A stretch of 64,000 nt of DNA from an uncultured Rhodobacteraceae bacterium (GTDB lineage: Bacteria; Pseudomonadota; Alphaproteobacteria; Rhodobacterales; Rhodobacteraceae), in the NCBI GenBank assembly GCA_947489705.1, contig CANLEQ010000007.1, positions 93,937 to 157,936 of the forward strand, given 5' to 3'. Below the pieces are notes generated by a model. The model saw only the letters and a program-made list of their open reading frames with translations. It had not been told where the DNA came from and did no database searches. Both the position numbers and the translations under genes were made by a program. Positions 28,400-37,362 of this stretch are shown piece after piece. The stretch's first letter is position 1, and the number at the start of each line of letters is the position of its first letter.

Positions 28400-29458
28400 A
28401 TGTCCAAGACATTTGCCACATTGCTCTGCGGCACCATTCTCGCGGCCGGCGCGGCTGGCGCGCAGACCAACCTGCGCATGCAGACGCACCAATCGCCCGA
28501 ATCGGTCTGGGGGGATCTGATCGGCGAATTCGTCGAGAACGTCGAGACGATGTCGGGCGGCGATCTGACCATCGAGATGTTCTACAGCTCTCCGGTGGTC
28601 GCCACCGCCGAGACCTTCACCGCCGCGGCGCAGGGCATCCTCGATTGCGACATGACCAACGGCAGCTACCAGACCGGGCTCAACCCCGCGTTCCAGTTCG
28701 TGGCCGACCCGATGGGCGGTTACGACACGCCGCTGCAATTCCTCGCCTGGATCGATTACGGCGGCGGCGAGGAGGCGATCCAGAACCTCTACGAGGCCAA
28801 CGGAATGCACTTCATCGGTGCCTATACCGGCGGTCAGGAATCGATGAACTCGACGGCCCCGCTCGAAGGTCTCGACGACCTCGAAGGCTGGAAGTTCCGC
28901 TCGCCCCCGGGCATGGAAAGCGAGATCTTCGCCGAACTCGGCGCCACGCCCATCGTGATGGACTTCACCGAGATCTTCACCGCGCTCGAGACCGGCATCA
29001 TCGACGGGGCGGATGCCTCCACGCTCGCCAACAACGTGGGCCTCGGCATCTACGACGTCGCGACGCACGCGACCTATCCCGGCTTCCACTCGATGTCGGC
29101 CGACCACCTGGCCTGCTCGACCGCCGTGTGGGACGAGCTCAGCGATGCCAACAAGGCGATCCTGGAAACCGCGATGGACCAGATCTCGCTCAAGCTGATG
29201 CTGAGCACGCTGGTCGCCAACGGCGAGGCCTCGGTCCAGCTGCCTGAGCAGGGCGTCACCCTGCATGACTGGTCCGACGAGGACCGCGCCGCCTTCCGCG
29301 CCGCCGCCGTGAAGCGGTGGGATGCCTGGGCCGAGCGCACGCCCGAGACGGCCGAGCTCGTCGAAAGCCACAAGGCGTTCCAGCAGCGCATCGGCCTCGG
29401 CGTCGAAAGCTCCGACGAGAGCGGCTCCGAAGCCAATTCGGATACCGAAGCCCAGTGA
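28400..29458 (+). CDS. TRAP-type transporter solute-binding protein (DctP family), no adjacent DctQ/DctM
   Basis: Signal peptide MSKTFATLLCGTILAAGAAGAQ. DctP-like pattern ...GGDLTIEMFYSS..., GWKFRSPPG, FTALETGIIDGAD. ATG preceded by AGGGAGGAA. Acidic Ser/Glu tail ESSDESGSEANSDTEAQ. Confidence 0.85.
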   Translation: MSKTFATLLCGTILAAGAAGAQTNLRMQTHQSPESVWGDLIGEFVENVETMSGGDLTIEMFYSSPVVATAETFTAAAQGILDCDMTNGSYQTGLNPAFQFVADPMGGYDTPLQFLAWIDYGGGEEAIQNLYEANGMHFIGAYTGGQESMNSTAPLEGLDDLEGWKFRSPPGMESEIFAELGATPIVMDFTEIFTALETGIIDGADASTLANNVGLGIYDVATHATYPGFHSMSADHLACSTAVWDELSDANKAILETAMDQISLKLMLSTLVANGEASVQLPEQGVTLHDWSDEDRAAFRAAAVKRWDAWAERTPETAELVESHKAFQQRIGLGVESSDESGSEANSDTEAQ

Positions 29459-29467
29459 TTCCCGAAG

Positions 29468-29490
29468 GGGGCGGCGGACGCCGCCGCCCC
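29468..29490 (+). terminator. Perfect 10-bp GC stem with triloop after the TRAP binding-protein gene
   Basis: GGGGCGGCGG-ACG-CCGCCGCCCC, 10 nt after the stop codon. No U-tract, as is common in high-GC genomes. Confidence 0.55.
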
Positions 29491-29516
29491 GCTTCGCGAC
29501 AGAAAGTCCAGAACCC

Positions 29517-30482
29517 ATGAACGTACTCATCATCGGCGGCGGCGGCTTCATCGGCCGCAAGGTCGCGCATCAGTTGGCCCAGCGAAAGACGCTCCGCGGC
29601 CAGGAAATCACGCGGCTCACGCTGGCCGACATCGCCACGCCCGAGCCGATCGAGGCCCCCTTCCCGGTCGAGACCGCGGCCTGCGACATCACCGATCGCG
29701 CCCAGGTCGACGGGATGATCGCGGGCGATACCGACGTGATCTTTCACTTCGCGGCCGTGGTTTCGTCCCACGCGGAGGCCGAATTCGACGATGGCATGCA
29801 GGTCAACCTCTACGGCACGCTCAACGTGCTCGAGCGGTGCCGCGCGCTCGGCACGGCGCCGGTCGTGGTCTTCACGTCGTCGCTGGCGGTCTTCGGCGGC
29901 GAGGTCCCCGACCCGATCACCGATCACACGATCCCCAATCCGCAGACCTCCTACGGCACGCAGAAGGCGATCGGCGAATTCCTCGTGAACGACTATTCGC
30001 GCAAGGGCTTCATCGACGGGCGCGGGTTCCGGCTTCCGACGATCTCGGTCCGTCCGGGCAAGCCCAACCGCGCCGCGTCGTCCTTCATGTCGTCGATCAT
30101 CCGCGAGCCGCTCAACGGCCAGGAGGCGATCTGTCCCGTCGACGAGAGCCAGGAGCATTTCTACCTGTCGCCACGGCGATGCGTCGAGAACCTGATCAAG
30201 GGCGCCGAGCTCGACGCCGCCGATCTGGGACAGCAGCGCTGCATGACGATGCCGGGCCAGCGCCTGTCGATCCGGCAGATGATCGACGCCCTGACCAATG
30301 TCGCCGGACCCGAGCCCGCGAAGCTCATCAAGTGGGAAGGCGACGAGGACATCGCCTCGATCGTGCGCGGCTGGCGCTACGATTACCGGACCGAAAAGGC
30401 CCGGGCGCTGGGTCTCGAGGCCGATGACGGCTTCGAGGAGAACGTGCGCTTCTACATCGAAGACGACCAGCCGGCCGCGTGA
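29517..30482 (+). CDS. NAD-dependent epimerase/dehydratase-fold dehydrogenase (D-erythronate dehydrogenase DenD-like)
   Basis: VLIIGGGGFIGRKV, YGTQK catalytic pair, TISVRPGKPNRAASSFMSSIIREPL, which I associate with DenD-type acid-sugar dehydrogenases. Confidence 0.75.
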   Translation: MNVLIIGGGGFIGRKVAHQLAQRKTLRGQEITRLTLADIATPEPIEAPFPVETAACDITDRAQVDGMIAGDTDVIFHFAAVVSSHAEAEFDDGMQVNLYGTLNVLERCRALGTAPVVVFTSSLAVFGGEVPDPITDHTIPNPQTSYGTQKAIGEFLVNDYSRKGFIDGRGFRLPTISVRPGKPNRAASSFMSSIIREPLNGQEAICPVDESQEHFYLSPRRCVENLIKGAELDAADLGQQRCMTMPGQRLSIRQMIDALTNVAGPEPAKLIKWEGDEDIASIVRGWRYDYRTEKARALGLEADDGFEENVRFYIEDDQPAA

Positions 30483-30492
30483 TCCGGATGCG

Positions 30493-31257
30493 ATGCTGAG
30501 CCCCATCGTCCAGACCCCGCGCTACCGCCTGGTTGCCGACGAGATCGCCGCCCGCATCCGGGCCGGCGATTTCGCGCGCGGCACCAAGATGCCCGCCGAC
30601 AAGGATCTCGTCGCGCGCCTCGGGGTCAGCCGCACGACCGTGCGCGAGGCGATGATCGCGCTGGAGCTGATGGGCTATGTCGTGACCCGGTTCGGCGCCG
30701 GGGCCTTCGTCGCCGATCCGCTGCCCGAAGGGGCCGAGCACCGCTCCGACCTGCCGGGCTTCTTCGAGCTGGTCGAGGCGCGCGTGACGCTGGAGCCCGA
30801 GATCGCGGCGACGGCGGCCATGCTGGTCGGCGCGACCGAGATCGCGGCCCTCGAACGCTGCATCCGTGGCATGTGCGACGCGGATCTGCCGCTGCAGGCG
30901 ACCGAGGCGCATGACCGCGAATTCCACCTGATCCTCGCGCGCGCCACCGGCAATTCGATCTTCGTCTGGCTGATCGAGGAGTTCTGGCGCGTCCGCCAGC
31001 AATTTCCCGAATGGACGCGGCTCGACAACCGGCGCAGCGACGCGGACATTGCGCGCTTCTACAGCCAGGAACACGACGCGATCCTCGACGCGCTGCGCGC
31101 GGGCGATGCAGCGGCGGCGCGCGCGGCGATGCAGGTCCATTGCCGCAATTCCGGCCAGCCGCTGCTCGAACGGTGGCGGCAGGAGGATCACGAACCGGGC
31201 GATCCGATCAAGGGCGTCGTGCAGCGTATCTTCCGCCAGGCCCATCCCGCCTCCTGA
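30493..31257 (+). CDS. GntR-family (FadR/FCD subfamily) transcriptional regulator
   Basis: wHTH LVARLGVSRTTVREAMIALELMGYV plus an all-helical FCD-type C-terminal domain. Confidence 0.9.
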   Translation: MLSPIVQTPRYRLVADEIAARIRAGDFARGTKMPADKDLVARLGVSRTTVREAMIALELMGYVVTRFGAGAFVADPLPEGAEHRSDLPGFFELVEARVTLEPEIAATAAMLVGATEIAALERCIRGMCDADLPLQATEAHDREFHLILARATGNSIFVWLIEEFWRVRQQFPEWTRLDNRRSDADIARFYSQEHDAILDALRAGDAAAARAAMQVHCRNSGQPLLERWRQEDHEPGDPIKGVVQRIFRQAHPAS

Positions 31258-31363
31258 GGGGCGCCGAGGCGCCTTGCCAACGGCGCGTGCCCGGTCATAT
31301 TCGGGATCGGGGTCGCGGCATGCCGCCCCTCCCGAAAGGCCCGCCACAGACGGGGAACGCGTT

Positions 31364-31954
31364 TTGCCAAGATGGATTGCAGCGGCGACGGCGCTGGCGG
31401 CGCTGATCGCGATCGGCGCCGGCGTGGCGGCGATGCGCGACACGTCCGGCGCCGCGCGCCACGCCGTACCGGACCTCGGGACGATGAATGCGGACGAGCT
31501 CACGGCCGAGAGCTACCGTGTCGTCCCCGCCCTTCTGTCACGGGTCTACGACGCGTTCGCCCGGACGGACGAGGCGGCGATCTACGACCGGCTGGAAGAG
31601 GTCGCGGCCGGCGACGCGCTCGAGGCGCTCTATCTCGAACGGGTGGGCGCGATGGCGGATGGCGGGCTCGAGCCGGACCAGACGATCCACGAAATGGAGA
31701 TGCTGCGCATCGGCGGGCGCCGCGACGGCGGGACTGTCCGGCTCGATGCGCGGTGGCGCGTGCTCGGAACGGTGGGCCATGCCGAACACCTGCACGTGCG
31801 CGGCAACGTCTATGCGGCCGAACTGGTGGTCGAACCGGTGGACGGCGCCTGGCGCATGACCGGCTTTACGCTCAACGATGTCGACCGGAGTGGCGCGGGC
31901 GGCATGCAGCCCCGGCCGCAAGATCCCGGCACCGTGCTCGGACTCGGCAAGTGA
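31364..31954 (+). CDS. Hypothetical protein with an N-terminal membrane anchor; first gene of the putative metal operon
   Basis: WIAAATALAALIAIGAGVAA anchor followed by an unbiased ~170-aa domain. The stop overlaps the GTG start of the ATPase (GTGA). Start uncertain: TTG 31364 or TTG 31274, with no in-frame ATG before the anchor. Confidence 0.5.
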   Translation: MPRWIAAATALAALIAIGAGVAAMRDTSGAARHAVPDLGTMNADELTAESYRVVPALLSRVYDAFARTDEAAIYDRLEEVAAGDALEALYLERVGAMADGGLEPDQTIHEMEMLRIGGRRDGGTVRLDARWRVLGTVGHAEHLHVRGNVYAAELVVEPVDGAWRMTGFTLNDVDRSGAGGMQPRPQDPGTVLGLGK

Positions 31955-32613
31955 TCGAGATCGCCGATCTTTCCTTCGCCTATCCCGTAGGTCGCTTCCG
32001 ACTGGCCATACCGCATCTCGCCGTCGCCGAAGGGGCCCGCGTCGCCGTGGTGGGCCCCAGCGGGACGGGCAAGACCACGCTGCTCAATCTCGTCTCGGGG
32101 ATCAGTCGCCCCGAGCGCGGTGACGTCACCGTCGCGGGTCAGGACCTTGCGTCCCTGTCGGAGCGGCAGCGGCGAATGTTTCGCGCGCGAAACATCGGCT
32201 TCGTGTTCCAGAACTTCGCGTTGCTGGACTATCTCACCGCGCGCGAGAACATTCTCTATCCCTGCCGCGTGGGGCCGGGCCTGCGGCTCGACCGGGACGT
32301 GCGCGACCGCGCCGAGGATCTCGCCCGCGCCTGCGGGATCGCCGAGCGGCTCGGCACGCGGCCCGGCGCGCTCAGCCAGGGCGAACAGCAGCGCGTCGCG
32401 ATCTGCCGCGCGCTGGTCACGCAGCCGCGCCTGATCCTCGCCGACGAGGCCACAGGCAACCTCGATCCGGCGACCAAGACCCAGATCCTCGACCTGCTCT
32501 TCGCGCGCGCGCAGGATTGCGGCGCCACGATCCTTGCCGTGACGCATGATCACGCGCTGCTGCCGCGCTTCGACCGCGTGATCGACTTTGCCGATCTCGG
32601 GGCCCGGCCGTGA
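31951..32613 (+). CDS. ABC transporter ATP-binding protein, MacB/LolD-like
   Basis: Walker A GPSGTGKTT, signature LSQGEQQRV, Walker B LILADEATG, H-loop THD. 220 aa. Confidence 0.9.
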   Translation: MIEIADLSFAYPVGRFRLAIPHLAVAEGARVAVVGPSGTGKTTLLNLVSGISRPERGDVTVAGQDLASLSERQRRMFRARNIGFVFQNFALLDYLTARENILYPCRVGPGLRLDRDVRDRAEDLARACGIAERLGTRPGALSQGEQQRVAICRALVTQPRLILADEATGNLDPATKTQILDLLFARAQDCGATILAVTHDHALLPRFDRVIDFADLGARP

Positions 32614-33770
32614 ACGCGCTCTACCTTGCCTTCGCGCATCTGCGCTGGAGCTGGGCCCGGAGCCTTCTGCTGGTTGCCGTGGGTGCGGTGATCCTTGCCG
32701 TGCCGCTCATCAGTCAGACGCTGCTGCGCGGATCGGAGGCGGCGCTGACCGCGCGCGCCGAGGCCACGCCGCTGGTCCTGGGATCGCGGGGCTCGCGGCT
32801 CGATCTGGCGATGAGCGCGGTCTATTTCTCGCCCGACCGGCCCGATCCCGTGACCATGGCCGCGCTGGAGGCGGTGTGGGACACGCGGCTCGGCCTGCCG
32901 ATCCCGCTTCATACCGCGTTCGAGACGGGCGGCGCGCGCATCGTCGGGACCAGCATCGACTATTTCGAGTTCCGCGGCGTCGCGCCCGCCCGGGGGCGCA
33001 TCTTCGGCGTTCTGGGCGAGGCGGTGCTAGGCGCGCGGGTGGCCGAACGGCAGGGGCTCGGGCCGGGCGATACCGTGATCTCGTCGCCCGAGAACCTCTT
33101 CGATCTCGACGGGGTCTATCCGCTCGAATTGCGGGTCACCGGAGTGCTGCCCCCCACGGGCACGCCCGACGACGACGTGGTCTTCACCGACGTCAAGACG
33201 GCGTGGGTCATTGCCGGAATCGGCCACGGGCACGAGGATGCGATCCCCGCGGCCGAGGCGGAGGACGGCAACGTCACCGCAGACGCGGCGCTGGTGGAAT
33301 ATACCACGATCACCGAGGCCAATATCGACAGCTTCCATTTCCACGGCGCGCCGGAGAGCTATCCGCTCACGGCCGTGATCGTCGTGCCCGACGACGCCCG
33401 CGCGGGCACGATCCTGCGCGGGCGGTATCTCGACCCCGGCAACCCCGTCCAGATCGTCGTGCCGGCCGAGATCGTGGCGGGACTCGTGGAGCGGATCTTC
33501 CGGATCGCCACCCTGCTCGATGCGGTGACGCTGGTCATCGGGATCGCGGCGCTGGCCGCCATGGGGCTGGCGCTGTTCCTGTCGTGGCGGATGCGCGCGC
33601 CCGAGATGGCGACGGCATGGCGGCTCGGGGCGGGGCGTGGCATGATCGCGGCATTGGCGCTGGCCGAGATCGCGATCCTGCTGGGCGCGGCGATCTGTCT
33701 TGCGGCGATCCTCGTCATCGCCGTGCAATCTCACGGTGACGCGCTGGTGGCATGGCTGCTGGCCCTCTGA
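32610..33770 (+). CDS. ABC transporter permease, FtsX/MacB type (4 TM with a large periplasmic domain)
   Basis: TM1 (LLLVAVGAVILAVPL), ~250-aa extracytoplasmic region, three C-terminal TMs. GTGA overlap with the ATPase gene. Confidence 0.85.
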   Translation: MNALYLAFAHLRWSWARSLLLVAVGAVILAVPLISQTLLRGSEAALTARAEATPLVLGSRGSRLDLAMSAVYFSPDRPDPVTMAALEAVWDTRLGLPIPLHTAFETGGARIVGTSIDYFEFRGVAPARGRIFGVLGEAVLGARVAERQGLGPGDTVISSPENLFDLDGVYPLELRVTGVLPPTGTPDDDVVFTDVKTAWVIAGIGHGHEDAIPAAEAEDGNVTADAALVEYTTITEANIDSFHFHGAPESYPLTAVIVVPDDARAGTILRGRYLDPGNPVQIVVPAEIVAGLVERIFRIATLLDAVTLVIGIAALAAMGLALFLSWRMRAPEMATAWRLGAGRGMIAALALAEIAILLGAAICLAAILVIAVQSHGDALVAWLLAL

Positions 33771-33785
33771 ACGGAAAGGCACGTT

Positions 33786-34550
33786 ATGAAACATCTCCCC
33801 CTGGCCGCGGCCCTTCTTGCCCTCGGGGCGGGCGGCGCCGGCGCGCATTACGGCATGATCGTCCCGTCGGACAACATGGTGAGCCAGGAGGATGGCCGGT
33901 CGGTGGCGCTCGCGCTGTCGTTCTCGCACCCGTTCGAAGGGCGCGGCATGGTGCTCGACAGGCCGGAAGCCTTTACCGTGACGCATGAGGGCGAGACGGT
34001 CTCGCTTCTCGAGCAATTGTCGCAGACCACGATCATGGGCGCGCCGGGCTACGAGATGTCCTACCCGCTCGACCGGCCCGGAACCCATGTCTTCGCCATG
34101 ACGCCCGCGCCCTATTGGGAGCCCGAGGAAGACGTCTTCATCACGCATTACACCAAGACCTATGTCGCGGCCTATGGCGACGATGCGGGCTGGGACGCCG
34201 AGCTGGGCCTCAGGACCGAGATCGTGCCGCTCAGCAAGCCCTTCGCGCTCTGGGCGGGCAACGTGTTCCAGGGCGTGGTGAAGCTCGACGGCGAACCGGT
34301 GCCCCATGCCGAGGTCGAGGTCGAGTATTACGACCAGCAGGGCGACGCGCAGGTGCCCTCGGACCTGATGATCACCCAGACGATCAAGGCCGATGCGAAC
34401 GGCGTCTTCACCTATGCCGCGCCGCGCCAGGGCTGGTGGGGCTTCGCGGCCCTCAGCACCGCGCCCGAGCCGATGCAGCGCGAGGGCGTGGACAAGGATC
34501 ACGAGCTCGGCGCCGTGATCTGGGTGCGTTTCGAGGCATGGGGCCGATGA
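33786..34550 (+). CDS. Secreted DUF4198-family protein (NikK/CbiK-like periplasmic metal-uptake component)
   Basis: Signal peptide ending AGA|HYGMIVPS. The overall pattern (beta-rich, ...PAPYWEPEEDVFITHYTKTY..., GWWGFAAL) matches my recollection of DUF4198. Confidence 0.75.
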   Translation: MKHLPLAAALLALGAGGAGAHYGMIVPSDNMVSQEDGRSVALALSFSHPFEGRGMVLDRPEAFTVTHEGETVSLLEQLSQTTIMGAPGYEMSYPLDRPGTHVFAMTPAPYWEPEEDVFITHYTKTYVAAYGDDAGWDAELGLRTEIVPLSKPFALWAGNVFQGVVKLDGEPVPHAEVEVEYYDQQGDAQVPSDLMITQTIKADANGVFTYAAPRQGWWGFAALSTAPEPMQREGVDKDHELGAVIWVRFEAWGR

Positions 34551-34885
34551 TGCGCGCGGCGATCGCGATCCTTGCCGTTCTGATCGCCGCGCCGGCGACG
34601 GCGCACGACCTGCGCGTCTTCGCCTTCGTCGAGGACGACATGGTCAATGTCGAGGCGGCGTTCTCGTCGGGCAGGCTTCCGCAAACGGGCGAGATCCGCG
34701 TGGTCGACGACCAGGGCGCCGAGATCGAACGCCACGCGATCGACCCCGAAGGCGTCACGCGCTTCGCCCTGCCCGAGGGCCATGCGGCACGCGGCGTCGT
34801 GATCGAGGTCGATGCAGGCAACGGCCATTCCGATTACTGGGTCCTGACGCCCGAGGACATCGCCCGCGGCGAGGGGGGAAGCTGA
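34547..34885 (+). CDS. Small secreted protein of unknown function (112 aa)
   Basis: Signal peptide MMRAAIAILAVLIAAPATA|HDLRVF. ATGA overlap upstream and TGATG junction downstream. Confidence 0.6.
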   Translation: MMRAAIAILAVLIAAPATAHDLRVFAFVEDDMVNVEAAFSSGRLPQTGEIRVVDDQGAEIERHAIDPEGVTRFALPEGHAARGVVIEVDAGNGHSDYWVLTPEDIARGEGGS

Positions 34886-35763
34886 TGCGTCTGGATCTGA
34901 TCCTCGCGACGTTCCTCGCCGCCGGGGCCGCCGCCGCGCAGGAGCGGCCGGTGGTGGCGGTAGTGAACTATCCGCTCGCCTATTTCGCGGAACGTCTGGC
35001 GGGCGACGGGGTGCAGGTGCTCTTCGACGTGCCGGAGGATCGCGACCCGGCCCTGTGGCGGCCCATGCCGAACCAGATCGCGGCGATCCAGCAGGCCGAC
35101 CTCGTGGCGCTCAACGGGGCGGGATATGCCGGTTGGACGACACGCGTGTCGCTGCCGCGCGCGCGGCTCGTCGACACGTCGGCGCCCTTCGCCGGCGGGT
35201 ATATCCCGACCGAGACGATCACCCACAGCCACGGCGCGGACGGAGCCCATTCGCATACCGGCATGGCGAGCCATACCTGGCTCGACTTCGAACAGGCCGC
35301 CACGCAGGCGGTGACGCTCGGGGGCGCGATGACGCGGGCCATGCCGGACCTGGCCGAGACGGTCGAGGCAAATGCCGGTGCGCTCGCCGCCGATCTCGCG
35401 GCGCTCGACGCCCGCGCCGCGGAGGTGGGACGCGCGCTCGACGGGCGCGTGATCGCGGCGACGCATCCGCGCTATCAGTATTTCGCGCGGGCCTACAAGC
35501 TCGAGATCCACGCGCTCGACTGGGCGGCGGGCGAGATGCCGGATGCCGGCCAATGGGCCGCGCTCGAGGCGCTGGTGGACGAGACGGGCGCGGATCTTCT
35601 GATCTGGGAGGCCGCGCCGCCCGATGCAGCCCGGGCCCGCGTGGCGTCGATGGGGCTCGACGATGCGGTCCTGCCGCCGCTGGCCCACCGGCCCGCGGAG
35701 GGGGATTTCCTCTCGGCGATGCAGGCGGGGCTCGACGATCTCGCCCGCGCCGCCGCGCCGTAG
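34885..35763 (+). CDS. Cluster-A (ZnuA/TroA-like) metal-binding periplasmic protein with a His-rich loop
   Basis: Collinear with the ZnuA-type pattern: ...ADLVALNGAGYAGW, His-rich THSHGADGAHSHTGMASHTWLD, ATHPRYQYFARAY. Signal peptide AAA|QE. Confidence 0.8.
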   Translation: MRLDLILATFLAAGAAAAQERPVVAVVNYPLAYFAERLAGDGVQVLFDVPEDRDPALWRPMPNQIAAIQQADLVALNGAGYAGWTTRVSLPRARLVDTSAPFAGGYIPTETITHSHGADGAHSHTGMASHTWLDFEQAATQAVTLGGAMTRAMPDLAETVEANAGALAADLAALDARAAEVGRALDGRVIAATHPRYQYFARAYKLEIHALDWAAGEMPDAGQWAALEALVDETGADLLIWEAAPPDAARARVASMGLDDAVLPPLAHRPAEGDFLSAMQAGLDDLARAAAP

Positions 35764-35768
35764 ATTTG

Positions 35769-35796
35769 CCGGGGCCGGCGTCGCGGCCGGCCCCGG
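35769..35796. terminator. Bidirectional GC hairpin between convergent genes
   Basis: CCGGGGCCGG (35769-35778) pairs with CCGGCCCCGG (35787-35796), 8-nt loop. Confidence 0.5.
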
Positions 35797-35805
35797 TCGC
35801 AGGGG

Positions 35806-37362
35806 TCAGCGCACCGTGATGCGACCGTCGGTTTGGGGCGTGTAGGGGGTGTTTTCGGCGAGATACTCTGCCGTGACATCCGCCAGATCGGGACCGAAAT
35901 CGTAGGCATTATCGGCATCCACGAACATCGAATACCCGTCGCCTCCGTTGCGGACGTAGTTGTTCGACACGACGCCGTAGGTTGCCGCCTCGTCGAGCGG
36001 CTCGCCGCCCACCATCACGTCGCTGATCCGGCTGCCGGGCTCGGCCGAGGGATCGACGGTATAGCTCATCCCCGCGACCTGCGCGAAGCGTCCGGCGCCT
36101 TCCTCCATCCCGCTCGCCCCGTTCTCGAGGGCTTCGAGAAGCGTGGCGCCGTCGACCTCGAAGGTCGAGAGCGTGTTCTGGAACGGCAGCACCGTCAGCA
36201 CCTCGCCCATCGTGACCTCGCCTTCGTCGATCGAGGCGCGCAGACCGCCGCCATTGGCGATCGCGACCTCGATGCCCTGGTCGGCCACGCGGTCGAGCAT
36301 CGCCTCGGCCACGAGGTTGCCCATCGCGCATTCCTGCACGCGGCATACCTCGCGCGATCCCTCGACGGGCGCCGTGGTCTCGGACACCACCCGCTGGCGC
36401 AGCTCCTCGAGCGGCTCGGCGCGCTCGGCCACAAGCTCCAGCGTCTCGGGATCCTCCGCGACCGAGGCGTCGAGCAGCAGGGGCGCGCCGTCGATCCCGG
36501 TGATCTCGCCCGCATCGTCAAAGGTGATGGTCAGCTCGCCCAGATACTTGCCGTAGGCATAGGCCTGTACGATCGGCACGTCGTTGACCATCGTGGGATA
36601 GGTGTCGGCCGCCCCCTCCATGTCGCCCAGAAGCGTGTGCGAATGGCCGCCCACGATCAGGTCGACATCCGTGAGCTGCTCGGCCAATTCGCGGTCGGCG
36701 GGCAGGCCCACATGGGTGAGCAAGATGATCTTGTCGACCCCGTCCCCGGTCAGCGCGTCGATCTCGGCCTGCGCCGCGTCGGCGGCGGGCGAGAAGATCA
36801 CCGTGTCGCCGGGCGACGATGTCTCGGGCGTGTCCTCCGCCAGGACCGAGACGATCCCGATCCGCTCGCCGCCGAGCTCGATCACGGTAGACTTGTCGAT
36901 CTTGCCGGCCAGCGCGTCGTTCTGGCTCACGTCGATATTGGCCGACAGGACCGGGAACTCGACCTGATCCACGAAGTCGGCAAGGCCCTGGGGGCCGTCG
37001 TCGAATTCGTGGTTGCCGACCGCCATGACGTCGTAGTCGAGCTTCGTCATGAACTCGGCCGCCATGTCGCCCTTGTACTGCGTGTAGAAGAGCGAGCCCT
37101 GGAACCAGTCGCCCGCATCAAGCAGCAGCACGTTGTCGCCTGCCCGCTCGCGCGCGTCGGCGACGGCCGTGACCATGCGGGCGACGCCGCCGAAGCACTC
37201 GCCCGCGGCGTTGTCCTCCGCGGCGCAGGGGCCGTCATAGGCGCTGATCGGCTCGAAGCGGTCGTGGAAATCGTTGGTATGCAGGATGGTGAGGTCATAG
37301 GCCCCGGCCGTGCCCGTCAAAAGCCCGAGTGCGGCGGCGGAACTGGAAAGACGTCGGATCAT
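35806..37362 (-). CDS. Periplasmic bifunctional 5'-nucleotidase / UDP-sugar hydrolase-type metallophosphoesterase (UshA-like)
   Basis: [25 protein letters not shown], plus a C-terminal 5'-nucleotidase domain. Signal peptide from [15 protein letters not shown]; start 37362, alternatives 37389 and 37425. Confidence 0.85.
   Translation of the reverse strand: MIRRLSSSAAALGLLTGTAGAYDLTILHTNDFHDRFEPISAYDGPCAAEDNAAGECFGGVARMVTAVADARERAGDNVLLLDAGDWFQGSLFYTQYKGDMAAEFMTKLDYDVMAVGNHEFDDGPQGLADFVDQVEFPVLSANIDVSQNDALAGKIDKSTVIELGGERIGIVSVLAEDTPETSSPGDTVIFSPAADAAQAEIDALTGDGVDKIILLTHVGLPADRELAEQLTDVDLIVGGHSHTLLGDMEGAADTYPTMVNDVPIVQAYAYGKYLGELTITFDDAGEITGIDGAPLLLDASVAEDPETLELVAERAEPLEELRQRVVSETTAPVEGSREVCRVQECAMGNLVAEAMLDRVADQGIEVAIANGGGLRASIDEGEVTMGEVLTVLPFQNTLSTFEVDGATLLEALENGASGMEEGAGRFAQVAGMSYTVDPSAEPGSRISDVMVGGEPLDEAATYGVVSNNYVRNGGDGYSMFVDADNAYDFGPDLADVTAEYLAENTPYTPQTDGRITVR

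Noticed and set aside
31258-31363. Possible cobalamin or NiCo riboswitch, or a Zur box, upstream of the metal operon (CCCGCCACAGAC resembles part of a B12 element)
   Set aside because: The region is only 106 nt, has no B12-box-like AGxCxGGxGACCxGCC element and no AT-rich Zur/Fur-type palindrome. The resemblance is limited to one short GC-rich string.
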